Below are positions 23,041 through 32,971 of a stretch of DNA of 58,338 nucleotides, in pieces. The notes beneath the pieces were generated by a model that was given only the letters and a program-made list of their open reading frames with translations, did no database searches and was not told the origin of the DNA. Where the stretch lies: the NCBI GenBank assembly GCA_004356015.1, contig SMYD01000194.1:1-58338 (forward strand), written 5' to 3'. Within the stretch, counting starts at the first letter, position 1. Each line of letters begins with the position of its first letter. The stretch is from Acidobacteriota bacterium (GTDB lineage Bacteria; Acidobacteriota; Polarisedimenticolia; SMYD01). A program made the position numbers and the translations under genes.

Positions 23041-23428
23041 CCTCAGCTTCTGTATCAGGACACACTTACCCCATCCCGGGTACTCACTGAACCCGCCTTT
23101 TCATGTTGTTTGGCTGTAGTGTGGTCGAAACGATTCAGGCTGTCCCGCCCTCGACTGCGGCACAACGCGCGCATCGTAACACGCGATATTTAGGCTGTCC
23201 AGAACTTTTCAGAGGACCGTTTGGACCCTGTTGGTCAACCTGTTGATAGGACAGGAGCTTGCCGGTAAATATTTATTTTTGGCGCCGGGGCGGCCATTCA
23301 CAACCCTGTGCAAGGAGCTTCCAGAGCGTGCAACCACCCATGAACAGGTGAAACAGACCAGCCACATGGTTGCCGGGCAAGCGGACCTTGTTCGGTAAAA
23401 ACCACCAAACTGTTGAAAGGACAGATGC

Positions 23429-23457
23429 TTGACAGGATTCCCGTGGCCCGGTAAAGT
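23429..23457 (+). promoter_or_regulatory. Candidate sigma-70 promoter of rpmH-rnpA-yidD-yidC
   Basis: TTGACA (23429-23434), a 17-nt spacer, then TAAAGT (23452-23457). The rpmH ATG is 30 nt downstream. Confidence 0.55.
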
Positions 23458-23486
23458 GCTTCCTTTCCCGCACGGACAGGTAAGTC

Positions 23487-23621
23487 ATGAAAAGAACGTT
23501 TCAGCCGAATAATCGGAAACGCAGGCGGACCCACGGGTTCCTGGTGCGCATGCGCACTCCCGGTGGTCGCAATGTCATCGCCCGGCGGCGCCGCAAAGGC
23601 CGCAAGCGCCTCGCCGTCTAG
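23487..23621 (+). CDS. rpmH: 50S ribosomal protein L34
   Basis: Too short for the ORF track. My translation is [44 protein letters not shown], a textbook L34 sequence. The position upstream of rnpA is canonical. Confidence 0.97.
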   Translation: MKRTFQPNNRKRRRTHGFLVRMRTPGGRNVIARRRRKGRKRLAV

Positions 23622-23648
23622 TCCACCCTCTGCTTCGGGGCGCATGCC

Positions 23649-24065
23649 ATGACCGCCGCTGCGGTCCAGACACATGACCGATTTCAGCCTGACGACCGCC
23701 TGCGATGTCGCAGGGAGTTCGAGCAGGTGTATGCCGCGGCCCGCAAGGCATGGGGGCGTGGCTGCACGGTTTTTGTGGCGGATTCGAGTTGCGACCGCCA
23801 GCGCCTGGGACTGGCGGTGGGCCGTCGCGTCGGCAACGCCGTGCTGCGGAATCGGATCAAGCGCCGCATCCGTGAGGTATTCCGGCTGCAGAGAAAGAAC
23901 TGGCCGGGTTGCTACGATATCGTGGTCCATGGACGAGCCGAGGTGGCCGTCATGCCATTCCTGGAACTGACCGAGGTCCTCACGCAGGCCGTGCGTACCG
24001 CCGTGGCGCGTCCATCACGACCGCGCCGGGGGTTGCTCCGGGGTGGCGACAAGGAGAGATCATGA
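23649..24065 (+). CDS. rnpA: Ribonuclease P protein component
   Basis: The RNR motif region [28 protein letters not shown]. It sits between rpmH and yidD. Confidence 0.9.
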   Translation: MTAAAVQTHDRFQPDDRLRCRREFEQVYAAARKAWGRGCTVFVADSSCDRQRLGLAVGRRVGNAVLRNRIKRRIREVFRLQRKNWPGCYDIVVHGRAEVAVMPFLELTEVLTQAVRTAVARPSRPRRGLLRGGDKERS

Positions 24066-24286
24066 TGACCACGGTCCCGCAGCGCCTGGCCCTGGGTCTC
24101 CTCTCCGGCTACAAGACCGTCATCTCTCCCTGGTTACCTCCATCCTGCCGCTTCCAGCCCACCTGCTCCATGTACGGGGCGGAAGCCATCCAGCGGTATG
24201 GTGTCGGCCGTGGTGCATGGATGACCGTGCGCAGGATTCTCCGTTGTCATCCCTTTTCCCGGGGCGGATACGACCCGGTCCCTTGA
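24062..24286 (+). CDS. yidD: Membrane protein insertion efficiency factor YidD
   Basis: [52 protein letters not shown]. The ATG overlaps the rnpA stop (ATGA). Confidence 0.93.
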   Translation: MMTTVPQRLALGLLSGYKTVISPWLPPSCRFQPTCSMYGAEAIQRYGVGRGAWMTVRRILRCHPFSRGGYDPVP

Positions 24287-24312
24287 AGGTTCCCATAGTG
24301 CAGAAGACTGAA

Positions 24313-26109
24313 ATGAGCATGGAACGTCGCCTGCTGCTGGCCATGGTGCTGGCCGTGGGTGTGCTGGTGGTCTGGCAGATGCTTTTCTCGCCGACACGCC
24401 CTCTTCCTCCGCCTGATGACGGCGACCTGTCAGCCGGGATGCAGGACGCGACCGATGAGAATCCCCTGCGCGCGACCGATGGGAGCGGTTCGGGTGTTCC
24501 CGGTGGCATGGCACGGACAGCGCTGGGTGTCCCCGGCGAGACCATGGACCGTGGCCTGTCCCTGGGGACTGCCGAGGCGGTCGTGGGTGAAGAAGCCGTG
24601 CGAATCATCACCCTCGAGACCGATGATGTGCTGGTCATGATCAGCAATCGCGGCGGCCGGCCGCAGAGCTGGAGGCTGAAGACGTACAAGGACGACAAAG
24701 GGCGCAATCTGGAGCTGATCTCCGATTCTGCGCGGGCTGCCGATGTCCTGCCCCTGGATCTGCTCCTGGACGATGCCGCACTCCAGCAGGCCGCGGGCGA
24801 GGCTCTGTACAAGATGGAGCGGACGATCACCTCCTCCGGCCAGGATGGGGTGGTGCTGACCTGGTCCGACGGCCTGGGCCGTACCGTGCGCAAGGAGATC
24901 ACCATCGGGCCCGGCTTCTCCGCCTCCATCCAGGTCGAGGTCCGCCAGGATGGTGTCCTGCTGCCGGTGGCCTTGACCTGGGGAGCCGGCTTCGGGGAGG
25001 AGGCGAAGAAAGGTGGCAGCGCGGGGACATTCCATTATGGAGGCCGGGCGCTGCTGTCCGAAAAGCCCAGGCCGCGGCGGATGACGGCCGGCAGCCTGGA
25101 GGCGGGTGAGATGTTAGCCGCCGGAGAACGCGAGTGGGGTGGCCTGGAGGATACTTATTTCATGGCCGTCTTTCTCCCGGTCACGACCACCGATTTCAGG
25201 GTGTTCGGGCTGGAACTGCCTGTCGCCGGCAGCCAGGACACGAATCTGGCTCTGCAGGTTGCCGCCGGGATGTCCGGCGGCAGCCTGGAACTCTACGTCG
25301 GCCCCAAGGACTACCGCATCCTGGCGGCCATGGAGCGGGGCCTGCAGGAGGCGGTTCATTTTCAGAGCGGTATCTGGGTCATCGGGCCGCTGGTCACGCT
25401 CATCAGCCAGGGCTTGTTCTATGCCCTGATTTATCTGTTCACCCATGTGGTGGACAACTGGGGCTGGGCCATCGTCCTCCTCACCGCCGCTATCAAGTTT
25501 GCCTTCTGGCCCATCACCCAGAAGGCCATGCTCTCCATGAAACGGATGCAGGAGAAGACCAAGCGGATTCAGCCGAAGATTGCGGCCCTGAAGGAAAAGT
25601 ACCGCAAGAAGAGCAAGAAGGATATCGATTCGCGTGGCAAGCTGAACCAGGAGACCATGGCCCTCTATCAGAAGGAGGGGATCAACCCCATGGGGAATCT
25701 GGGTGGCTGTCTGCCCCTGCTCCTGCAGATGCCGATCCTGTACGGCTTCTACAATCTGCTGCAGGTGGCCATCGAGTTGCGCCATGCGCCCTGGCTCCTG
25801 TGGGTGACCGATCTGTCCCAGGCCGACCCGACTTACATCCTGCCCATTGTCATGGGCGGGTCCATGGTCTTTCAGCAGGTCCTCACCGGTGCCGCCATCG
25901 CCGATCCGGCTCAGCGCAAGATGATGTACATGACGCCGGTCCTGTTCACTTTCTTTTTCCTCAACCTGCCCTCAGGCCTGGTCCTGTACTGGCTGGTCAA
26001 TAACCTGCTGGGCATCGTGCAGCAGTGGTTCATCAACCGGCGCTATGAAAAGGAGAAAGTGGCCGCGGCGACGTCGGGCCGGCACAAGTCGGCTCCTTCC
26101 AAGTCCTAG
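24313..26109 (+). CDS. yidC: Membrane protein insertase YidC
   Basis: An N-terminal TM segment (MSMERRLLLAMVLAVGVLVVW), a periplasmic domain, and the conserved C-terminal core WGWAIVLLTAAIKFAFWPIT..NPMGNLGGCLPLLLQMPILYGFY..LVLYWLVNNLL. The start could also be GTG 24298. Confidence 0.93.
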   Translation: MSMERRLLLAMVLAVGVLVVWQMLFSPTRPLPPPDDGDLSAGMQDATDENPLRATDGSGSGVPGGMARTALGVPGETMDRGLSLGTAEAVVGEEAVRIITLETDDVLVMISNRGGRPQSWRLKTYKDDKGRNLELISDSARAADVLPLDLLLDDAALQQAAGEALYKMERTITSSGQDGVVLTWSDGLGRTVRKEITIGPGFSASIQVEVRQDGVLLPVALTWGAGFGEEAKKGGSAGTFHYGGRALLSEKPRPRRMTAGSLEAGEMLAAGEREWGGLEDTYFMAVFLPVTTTDFRVFGLELPVAGSQDTNLALQVAAGMSGGSLELYVGPKDYRILAAMERGLQEAVHFQSGIWVIGPLVTLISQGLFYALIYLFTHVVDNWGWAIVLLTAAIKFAFWPITQKAMLSMKRMQEKTKRIQPKIAALKEKYRKKSKKDIDSRGKLNQETMALYQKEGINPMGNLGGCLPLLLQMPILYGFYNLLQVAIELRHAPWLLWVTDLSQADPTYILPIVMGGSMVFQQVLTGAAIADPAQRKMMYMTPVLFTFFFLNLPSGLVLYWLVNNLLGIVQQWFINRRYEKEKVAAATSGRHKSAPSKS

Positions 26110-27570
26110 GTGATCGGCTCATCCAGGCTGGAGGGCGCAGACACCATCGTCGCCATCGCCACGCCGCCGGGCCAGGGAGCGCTGGGGACGGTCCGGATCT
26201 CGGGCCCGTCAGCACGGCGGCTGGCCCTCGAGTTGTTCCGGCCCTGGCGGAAGGATCCGGATTTTCCTCAGGAACGTGTCGCGGTATCGGGAACGGCCCT
26301 GGCCCCCGCTCTTTCCGGCGATCCGCCGCCCGCCACCGCCAAGGGAACCTCATCCGCCGGTCGGATGGAGGCCCTGGACCATGGCGTGCTCGTCTTCTTC
26401 CCTGCCGCAGGCAGTCCCACAGGTGAGGATCTGGTGGAGATCACCCTGCACGGCAGCCCGGTGGTTCTGGCTCTCTTCACAGCAGGCGCCCAGGCCCGTG
26501 GCGCCCGCCAGGCCCGCCCCGGCGAGTTCAGTTATCGCGCCTTTCTCAATGGCCGCCTGGACGCGGTTCAGGCCGAAGCCATCGATGACCTGGTGCGGGC
26601 GCGCACCGCGTATCAGGCCAGGGTGGCCCATGGCCAGCAGACGGGGGCGCTGGCGCGCGCCGTCGAGCCGGCCCGCACCGCGCTTGTGGACTGGCTGGCC
26701 CGCCTTGAGGGCAGCATCGAGTTCGGGGCCACCGATGATGAAGATTTTCTGCAGAGCAAGGATCTGGTGTCCGGGCTTGCGGCCCTCGCCGCCTCCCTGG
26801 ACGGCCTTCTGGCCCAGGCCGGCCGCGGCCTGCTTCTGAACCGAGGTGTGCGCGTGGTGCTGGCGGGAGAAGTCAACGCCGGCAAGTCGAGCCTCTTCAA
26901 TGCCTGGCTGGAACGGGATCGGGCCATCGTGAGCGAGAGCCCCGGGACCACCCGGGATATCCTGGAAGCGGAGGTCGCCTGGGAAGGGTTGCCGGTGATG
27001 CTGGTGGATACCGCCGGGGAGAGAACCGGGGCATCGCCTGCCGCCGGCAGGGACCCGGTGGAACAGGAAGGGCAACGACGGGGAGCGGCGGCGCGGATCG
27101 AGGCCGACCTGGTGATCTGGCTGCTGGATGGCACGGTGTCCCCTGTCGTTCAACCGCCTCCGCAGGTGGAGGGTGAAGCGGAACGCCTCCTGGTGATGAG
27201 CAAGGCCGACCTGGTTGTTCCCCGGGAAGTCACGGTTGTCGCCGGCCAGGATCCTGCGGTTCCGCGGGCGGTCTCGGCCCGCACCGGGGACGGCCTGGAT
27301 GACCTCAAACGCGCGGCCCTGGCTCTCCTTGCGCCCGGCTGGGACCGTCGGGAGCGCCCTCTTGTCACCCGCCTGCGCCAGCAGGGTTGCCTGCAGAGGG
27401 CGGTCACGGCTCTCTCCGAGGCGCGGGAGCTGGCCGCCACGGGGGCGGGTGAAGAGCTGGTCGTTGTTCCCCTGGGAGACGTGCTGACGGCTCTGGCCGA
27501 CCTGACCGGGCGCGGCAACCTGGAGGAGGTGTACGATCGGATCTTCTCCAGGTTCTGCATCGGCAAGTGA
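26110..27570 (+). CDS. mnmE: tRNA modification GTPase MnmE
   Basis: [22 protein letters not shown], the G-domain motifs [12 protein letters not shown] and DTAG, and the C-terminal CIGK. GTG start immediately after the yidC stop. Confidence 0.92.
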   Translation: MIGSSRLEGADTIVAIATPPGQGALGTVRISGPSARRLALELFRPWRKDPDFPQERVAVSGTALAPALSGDPPPATAKGTSSAGRMEALDHGVLVFFPAAGSPTGEDLVEITLHGSPVVLALFTAGAQARGARQARPGEFSYRAFLNGRLDAVQAEAIDDLVRARTAYQARVAHGQQTGALARAVEPARTALVDWLARLEGSIEFGATDDEDFLQSKDLVSGLAALAASLDGLLAQAGRGLLLNRGVRVVLAGEVNAGKSSLFNAWLERDRAIVSESPGTTRDILEAEVAWEGLPVMLVDTAGERTGASPAAGRDPVEQEGQRRGAAARIEADLVIWLLDGTVSPVVQPPPQVEGEAERLLVMSKADLVVPREVTVVAGQDPAVPRAVSARTGDGLDDLKRAALALLAPGWDRRERPLVTRLRQQGCLQRAVTALSEARELAATGAGEELVVVPLGDVLTALADLTGRGNLEEVYDRIFSRFCIGK

Positions 27571-27577
27571 GACCTCC

Positions 27578-29488
27578 GTGAATCTCTTCGATGTCATCGT
27601 GGTGGGTGGTGGCCACGCCGGCTGTGAGGCGGCGGCGGCGGCGGCGGGCATGGGCCGGCGGACAGTCCTGGTCACCACGGACGCCGGCGCCCTGGGACGG
27701 ATGTCATGCAATCCTGCCGTGGGCGGCCTGGCCAAGGGCCACCTGGTGCGCGAGATCGATGCCCTGGGTGGCATCATGGGTCGTGTTGCCGACCGGGCCG
27801 GAATCCAATTCCGGATGCTCAACCGCAGCAAGGGCCCCGCCGTGCAGGCACCGCGGGCGCAGGCGGATCGGGCTGTCTACGAGAAGACCATGACCTCGCT
27901 GCTGGCGGAGCAGAAGGGCCTCACGGTCATGTCCGGCATGGTGGAGGATCTGCTGCTGGACGGAAGGCGTATCGCCGGGGTGACTCTTGCCGATGGTTCC
28001 ATGCTGCAGGCCTCAGCCGTGGTCCTGACCACCGGTACGTTTCTCAGGGGCTGCATCCACGTGGGCGGGCAGCGCACGGCCGCGGGCCGCCACGGCGAGC
28101 CGCCGGCAGTGGCCCTGGCTCAGCGCCTTCAGGCCATGGACCTGCGCATGGGCCGGCTCAAGACCGGCACGCCGCCGCGCCTGGACGGGCGCACCATCGA
28201 CTTCAGCAGGTTCAAGGTGCAGGAAGGCGACCGGGATCCGGTCTTCTTTCACGCCGGCACCACCGCCCCTCACCTGGAGCAGCGGCCCTGTCACCTGGCC
28301 TTCACCAATCCAACGGTCCACGCCATCATCCGCGAGGGGCTGGACCGCTCTCCCCTCTTTTCCGGCGCCATCACCGCCATGGGCCCCCGTTACTGCCCAT
28401 CCATTGAGGACAAGGTTGTGCGCTTTGCCCGGCGTGAGCGCCACCAACTTTTCCTGGAACCGGAAGGTCTCGACACCGATCTGATCTATATCAACGGACT
28501 CTCCACCAGTTTGCCCGAAGAGATCCAGGACCGGATTCTGCGCGCCATCCCGGGCCTGGAGAATGTGCGCATGACGAGGGCCGGCTATGCCATCGAATAC
28601 GACTATGTCGATCCCACCGAACTGGATGGCAACCTGCAGGTACGCCGCGTCCCGGGCCTCTTTCTGGCCGGCCAGATCAATGGGACCACCGGCTACGAGG
28701 AAGCGGCAGCCCTCGGTTTCGTGGCCGGGGTCAATGCCGCGCTCCTGGTCACCGGGGAACCGCCGTTCGTGTTGCGTCGCCACCAGGCGTACATCGGTGT
28801 CCTGGTGGATGATCTGGTGACCCTGGGCACCCGCGAGCCATACCGGATGTTCACGTCGCGGGCCGAGTACCGCCTGTTGCTGGGTGCCGATTCGGCCGAG
28901 ATGCGACTGGCGCGCCATGGTGCCCGGCTGGGTCTGGTGAGCTGGGAGGCAGCCCGGGATGTGCGCCGGAGAAGAAACTCTATCTCATTTATAATCAAGA
29001 GGTTAGACAAAATATTCCCAGATCCGGCTGGAGTCGGCGAGAATCCGGATGTGCCGGCGTTCACCACCGCTCGCCAGCGCGGCCAGAGTCTTCTGGCCCT
29101 GTTGCGGCGGCCTGAGATCCGTGCGGTGCAGGTGCTCCCCCACCTGCGCGCGGCAGGAGGGCAGATTCCCTCCCTGGACGCGCGGGATCTCCGCCTGCTT
29201 GAATCACGGGTCAAATATGCAGGCTATGTCAGGCGCCAGCTCCGCGAAGTCCGCCACCTGGCGCGCGATGAACGCAGACGGATTCCATCCGGCTTCGATT
29301 ATGAGGGGGTCGGTCCCCTCTCGCGTGAGGTCACCGAAAAATTGACCAGGGTCCGGCCCGAGAACCTGGGCCAGGCCGGTCGCATTGCGGGGGTCACGCC
29401 GGCCGCGCTGGCGGCACTGCGCGTCGCGTTGCGCCACCGGAGCAAGAGAGAGATCACGAGTGCGGGATCCGATCCGGCGCCTGCTTGA
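27578..29488 (+). CDS. mnmG: tRNA uridine 5-carboxymethylaminomethyl modification enzyme MnmG
   Basis: [67 protein letters not shown]. Confidence 0.95.
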   Translation: MNLFDVIVVGGGHAGCEAAAAAAGMGRRTVLVTTDAGALGRMSCNPAVGGLAKGHLVREIDALGGIMGRVADRAGIQFRMLNRSKGPAVQAPRAQADRAVYEKTMTSLLAEQKGLTVMSGMVEDLLLDGRRIAGVTLADGSMLQASAVVLTTGTFLRGCIHVGGQRTAAGRHGEPPAVALAQRLQAMDLRMGRLKTGTPPRLDGRTIDFSRFKVQEGDRDPVFFHAGTTAPHLEQRPCHLAFTNPTVHAIIREGLDRSPLFSGAITAMGPRYCPSIEDKVVRFARRERHQLFLEPEGLDTDLIYINGLSTSLPEEIQDRILRAIPGLENVRMTRAGYAIEYDYVDPTELDGNLQVRRVPGLFLAGQINGTTGYEEAAALGFVAGVNAALLVTGEPPFVLRRHQAYIGVLVDDLVTLGTREPYRMFTSRAEYRLLLGADSAEMRLARHGARLGLVSWEAARDVRRRRNSISFIIKRLDKIFPDPAGVGENPDVPAFTTARQRGQSLLALLRRPEIRAVQVLPHLRAAGGQIPSLDARDLRLLESRVKYAGYVRRQLREVRHLARDERRRIPSGFDYEGVGPLSREVTEKLTRVRPENLGQAGRIAGVTPAALAALRVALRHRSKREITSAGSDPAPA

Positions 29489-30095
29489 AGAGCAGGGATG
29501 GGCGGACCCTGGCCGAGCTCTGGAGCAGCTCAGCCGTCATCATGATCTCCTCCTGACCTGGAACCGGACAGCGCACCTCGTCTCGGCCGGTGATGCCAGC
29601 CGGCGGGCGCTGATCAGGCATGATCTGGAAGCGTTGCAGGCTCTTCCCTATCTGGCCGGCCATCACACCGTGGTGGATGTGGGCAGCGGCGGTGGTTTCC
29701 CCGCTCTGGTCTGGGCCTGCATGCGGCCAGACCTGGAGCTGATCCTGGTGGAAAGCGGCGCGCGCAAGGCTGCGTTCCTGCGCGAGGCTGTCCACAGGCT
29801 CGCTCTTGACGGAGTTCGGGTCTTGCACGAACGACTGGAGGATCCAGGCCGACTGATCGAACTGAATGGCGATCTGTGGACCAGCCGTGCGGCAGGATGC
29901 GGGCCTCTTCTGCGGCAGGCCGGTGCAGCCGGTCCGGCCGGCCTGACGCTGATCCTCTACGCGGGCGTTCAGGATGCCGGCGATCCCGCGGATGCGCCGG
30001 TCTGGGAAGGGGTGGCGGATGAGCCCCTCGTTTCAGGTGCTGCCGGTCGCCTCGTGGTGCTGCGGCGGCGCGGGTCTTCCGGTCCACCTGCCTGA
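29460..30095 (+). CDS. rsmG: 16S rRNA (guanine527-N7)-methyltransferase RsmG
   Basis: SAM-binding motif [14 protein letters not shown], and [17 protein letters not shown] prefer the GTG 29460 start; the ORF-track start at 29385 lies deep inside mnmG. Confidence 0.82.
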   Translation: MRDPIRRLLEEQGWADPGRALEQLSRHHDLLLTWNRTAHLVSAGDASRRALIRHDLEALQALPYLAGHHTVVDVGSGGGFPALVWACMRPDLELILVESGARKAAFLREAVHRLALDGVRVLHERLEDPGRLIELNGDLWTSRAAGCGPLLRQAGAAGPAGLTLILYAGVQDAGDPADAPVWEGVADEPLVSGAAGRLVVLRRRGSSGPPA

Positions 30096-30141
30096 AGGTC
30101 AATCCCTCCGGCCCACAAACTTCTCACCACGACTTGCGGCA

Positions 30142-30157
30142 TGTTCCACGTGGAACA
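30142..30157. promoter_or_regulatory. parS: parS centromere-like site
   Basis: TGTTCCACGTGGAACA is a perfect 16-bp palindrome. It matches the tGTTNCACGTGAAACa-type parS consensus apart from one symmetric pair of substitutions. It lies 64 nt upstream of the parA start. Confidence 0.88.
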
Positions 30158-30220
30158 TCGCCAGTGGAGAGCGGGTGTGGTAGATTTTCGCGGCCGTCAG
30201 AGATCGACTGGAGAGCGCCC

Positions 30221-31000
30221 GTGGGTCGGATCATCGCAATCGCCAACCAGAAAGGTGGTGTTGGCAAGACCACCACTGCTGTGAATCTTGCCGCGGCACT
30301 GGCTCTCGCCGGGAAGAAAACTCTCCTGATCGATGTCGATCCGCAGGCCAACACCACCCGCGGGCTGGGAGTGGACCGCGACGATGCGGAACCTGGTGTC
30401 TACGAATGGCTGACCGAGGCAGCCGATCCCTCCGCCATCATACGCACCACGGAGTTGCCTTTTCTCGCCCTGATTCCCTCCGGGCGCAATCTGGTGGGCA
30501 TGGAAGTGGAACTGGTCGAGAAGGAGGCACGGGAATATGTCCTGCGCAACCGGCTGCGGGGCCTGGCCAGGGATGACGAGTTTGTCCTGCTTGATTGCCC
30601 TCCTTCACTGGGTCTCCTCACCCTGAACGCCCTGGCCGCCGCCAGCAGTGTCCTTATCCCGGTCCAGTGCGAGTACCTGGCTCTGGAGGGGATCAGTGAA
30701 ATGATGGGGACCCTCGAGCGGGTGCGGCAATCGGTGAACCCGGGTCTGGCCATCGAAGGCGTGCTCCTGACCATGTACGATGATCGAACCAACCTGGCGC
30801 ACCAGGTTGTCGAGGAGGTGCGCAGGGTCTTCGGAGAGAAGGTGTTCAAGACCGTGATTCCCCGCAATGTCCGCCTGAGCGAGGCTCCCAGCTTCGGTCA
30901 GCCAATCATGATGTACGATATCCGTTCCAGGGGTTCGGAAGCTTATCTGGCCCTGGCGGTGGAGGTGTTAGGCAATGAGCAAGCGCAAAGCGCTGGGTAA
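30221..31000 (+). CDS. parA: Chromosome partitioning ATPase ParA (Soj)
   Basis: Deviant Walker A IIAIANQKGGVGKTTTAVNLA, then LLIDVDPQAN and VLLDCPPSLG. GTG 30221 start. Confidence 0.93.
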   Translation: MGRIIAIANQKGGVGKTTTAVNLAAALALAGKKTLLIDVDPQANTTRGLGVDRDDAEPGVYEWLTEAADPSAIIRTTELPFLALIPSGRNLVGMEVELVEKEAREYVLRNRLRGLARDDEFVLLDCPPSLGLLTLNALAAASSVLIPVQCEYLALEGISEMMGTLERVRQSVNPGLAIEGVLLTMYDDRTNLAHQVVEEVRRVFGEKVFKTVIPRNVRLSEAPSFGQPIMMYDIRSRGSEAYLALAVEVLGNEQAQSAG

Positions 31001-31913
31001 GGGGTTGTCATCGCTGATCCCCGACACGCCGCGAGCCGGTGCCACCGGCGTCCTGAGTCTTGATCTTGGCCTGATTCATCCCAGTCCGGACCAGCCCAGA
31101 AAACAGTTCGACGAAGCCGCCCTGGAAGAACTGGCCAGCTCCATCCGGAGCCATGGCGTCCTGCAGCCGGTGATCGTGACGCGTGACGGGAATGGCTATC
31201 GGCTGGTGATCGGAGAGCGGCGATGGCGTGCCGCTTCCCTGGCTGGTATCGCCAAGATCCCCGCCATCGTGCGTGAGGTCGGGGAGCGGGATCGCCTGGA
31301 GATGGCTCTTATCGAGAACCTGCAGCGGCGGGATCTGAATCCTGTGGAAGAGGCGCGAGCCTACCGTCTCCTTCTTGATGAGTTTGACCTGGGCCACGAA
31401 GAGCTGGCCGGGCGAGTGGGAAAATCTCGACCACATGTTTCTAACTTATTGAGAATATTGAACTTAGATGGATCCGTTCTGGATGCTGTTGCGAGTTGTC
31501 AACTGAGCATGGGACACGCCCGCGCCCTGGCCGGGGTGACGAGCCGTGACGATCAGAAGCGTCTGGCCGCCCAGGTCGTGGACCGCGGCCTGTCGGTGCG
31601 TGCCCTGGAAGCCCTCATCGGCGCTGCTGATGGCCAGGCCGGCAGGGGAGAGCGGGCGGCGGGGACGCGCAAGAGGCGGGATCCCAACATCGTGGCCGCG
31701 GAGGAGAAACTGAAAGCCGCACTGGGAGCACCGGTCCGGATCACCGGGGGGCAGGGTCGTGGAAAGATCGTGATTGACTATGTCAACCCAAGGGAGCTCC
31801 AGCGTTTATTCGATCTTCTCGAGAAGTCAGCGCGCCAGGCGCCACCGCCTCCAGCCCGTGACATCCGGCTTCCTGGCCACTCGAGTCGCCGGGTCGGGCA
31901 GGGGCACGTATGA
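30975..31913 (+). CDS. parB: Chromosome partitioning protein ParB (Spo0J)
   Basis: ALGKGLSSLIP, the ParB box LQPVIVTR..YRLVIGERRWRAA, the GERRxRA arginine patch, and the HTH segment GKSRPHVSNLLRIL..GHARAL. Confidence 0.93.
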   Translation: MSKRKALGKGLSSLIPDTPRAGATGVLSLDLGLIHPSPDQPRKQFDEAALEELASSIRSHGVLQPVIVTRDGNGYRLVIGERRWRAASLAGIAKIPAIVREVGERDRLEMALIENLQRRDLNPVEEARAYRLLLDEFDLGHEELAGRVGKSRPHVSNLLRILNLDGSVLDAVASCQLSMGHARALAGVTSRDDQKRLAAQVVDRGLSVRALEALIGAADGQAGRGERAAGTRKRRDPNIVAAEEKLKAALGAPVRITGGQGRGKIVIDYVNPRELQRLFDLLEKSARQAPPPPARDIRLPGHSSRRVGQGHV

Positions 31914-32317
31914 AGCTCGGCCGTCATCTTGAGCTCTCCGGCTATCTCGGTCAGGGGACCGAAATCCACGGGACTGTGCGTTTTCGCCGCCTTCTGAGAG
32001 TGGATGGGATCCTCACGGGGAGAGTGGAGTCGTACGATACGCTGGTGGTCGGCAAGACCGGCCGGGTCGATGCGGAGATCATCGTCGGGTCCCTGCAGGT
32101 GCATGGCCTGGTCAGGGGGCGGATTGCCGTGGATAAAACCATCGAGATTCTTCCCGGCGGCCGCGTCGAGGGTGACGTATACGCCTCGGCGCCGGGAGTG
32201 AAGATTTCCGAAGGTGGGATTTTTGATGGCCAGCTCCACATGAATGCCGTCCCGGAGGAGGTGGACCAGCGCCGCCGGGAGGACCAGAAGCCGAACCGAT
32301 CGCCGGAAGGCGCTTGA
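31910..32317 (+). CDS. Bactofilin-family cytoskeletal protein
   Basis: A DUF583-type beta-helix repeat pattern: IHGTVRF..LRVDGILTGRVES..LVVGKTGRVDAEI..LQVHGLVRGRI..IEILPGGRVEGDV. The ATG overlaps the parB stop (ATGA). Confidence 0.82.
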   Translation: MKLGRHLELSGYLGQGTEIHGTVRFRRLLRVDGILTGRVESYDTLVVGKTGRVDAEIIVGSLQVHGLVRGRIAVDKTIEILPGGRVEGDVYASAPGVKISEGGIFDGQLHMNAVPEEVDQRRREDQKPNRSPEGA

Positions 32318-32333
32318 AACCACATGGTTTAGC

Positions 32334-32362
32334 TTGACCCTCCGTGTGGCGGGTGATAGTTT
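32334..32362 (+). promoter_or_regulatory. Candidate sigma-70 promoter of the atpHAGDC operon
   Basis: TTGACC (32334-32339), a 17-nt spacer, then TAGTTT (32357-32362). It lies about 60 nt upstream of the atpH ATG. Confidence 0.5.
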
Positions 32363-32420
32363 TCACGCTTCCTGAGATGAGCCTGTTTGGCGGGGATTTC
32401 ACCGTTCAGTAGGGGATGAA

Positions 32421-32963
32421 ATGGGCAACCGCACCATGGCCGTCCGCTATGCCAGAGCGCTGGTGGATGTGCTGTCGGATGATGCTGATCTGTCACGTGT
32501 GCAGGGTGACCTGGACGTGGTCGCACAGATTCTGCATGACGATGGTGAGATCCGGACGGCTCTCATGTCATCGGGTTTATCGCGGGCGCGCAAGAAAGGA
32601 TTACTGGAACTGCTGGCCCGCAAGGCGGATTTTCATCCGGCCTGCCGGCGGATTCTGACCATGCTGGCGGAAAGCAACTGCTTGTCAGTTTTCACAGAGA
32701 TGCAGCAGGCATTTGCCGGCCTCTGCGATGAGCGCCGCAAGATCGTGGCTGCCGAAGTGGTCACCGCGGTTGCCATCGATCCCGGCCGGGAGCAGGATTA
32801 TTGCCGGTCCCTGGAACGCTTGACCGGCAGACAGGTACGTCTTCAGATGCGGATCGACCCCGCCATCCTCGGCGGTGTGGTGACACGCATTGGTTCCCAG
32901 GTGTACGACGGCAGCGTTCGCGGCCGACTGCAGCGCCTTCAGACTCGACTGAGAGGGGAGTAA
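32421..32963 (+). CDS. atpH: F-type ATP synthase subunit delta (OSCP)
   Basis: The N-terminus [10 protein letters not shown] and the C-terminus [25 protein letters not shown] are typical of subunit delta. It lies directly upstream of atpA. Confidence 0.85.
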   Translation: MGNRTMAVRYARALVDVLSDDADLSRVQGDLDVVAQILHDDGEIRTALMSSGLSRARKKGLLELLARKADFHPACRRILTMLAESNCLSVFTEMQQAFAGLCDERRKIVAAEVVTAVAIDPGREQDYCRSLERLTGRQVRLQMRIDPAILGGVVTRIGSQVYDGSVRGRLQRLQTRLRGE

Positions 32964-32971
32964 CCGGTTCC

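Noticed and set aside
23298-23930. A 210-aa minus-strand ORF spanning the rpmH/rnpA region
   Set aside because: It overlaps rpmH and rnpA, which are textbook sequences on the plus strand, and extends into the non-coding spacer. It has no RBS and no motifs.
26350-27831. A 493-aa minus-strand ORF opposite mnmE/mnmG
   Set aside because: It is a shadow ORF. Its Pro/Arg/Gly-rich translation is typical of antisense frames in high-GC DNA.
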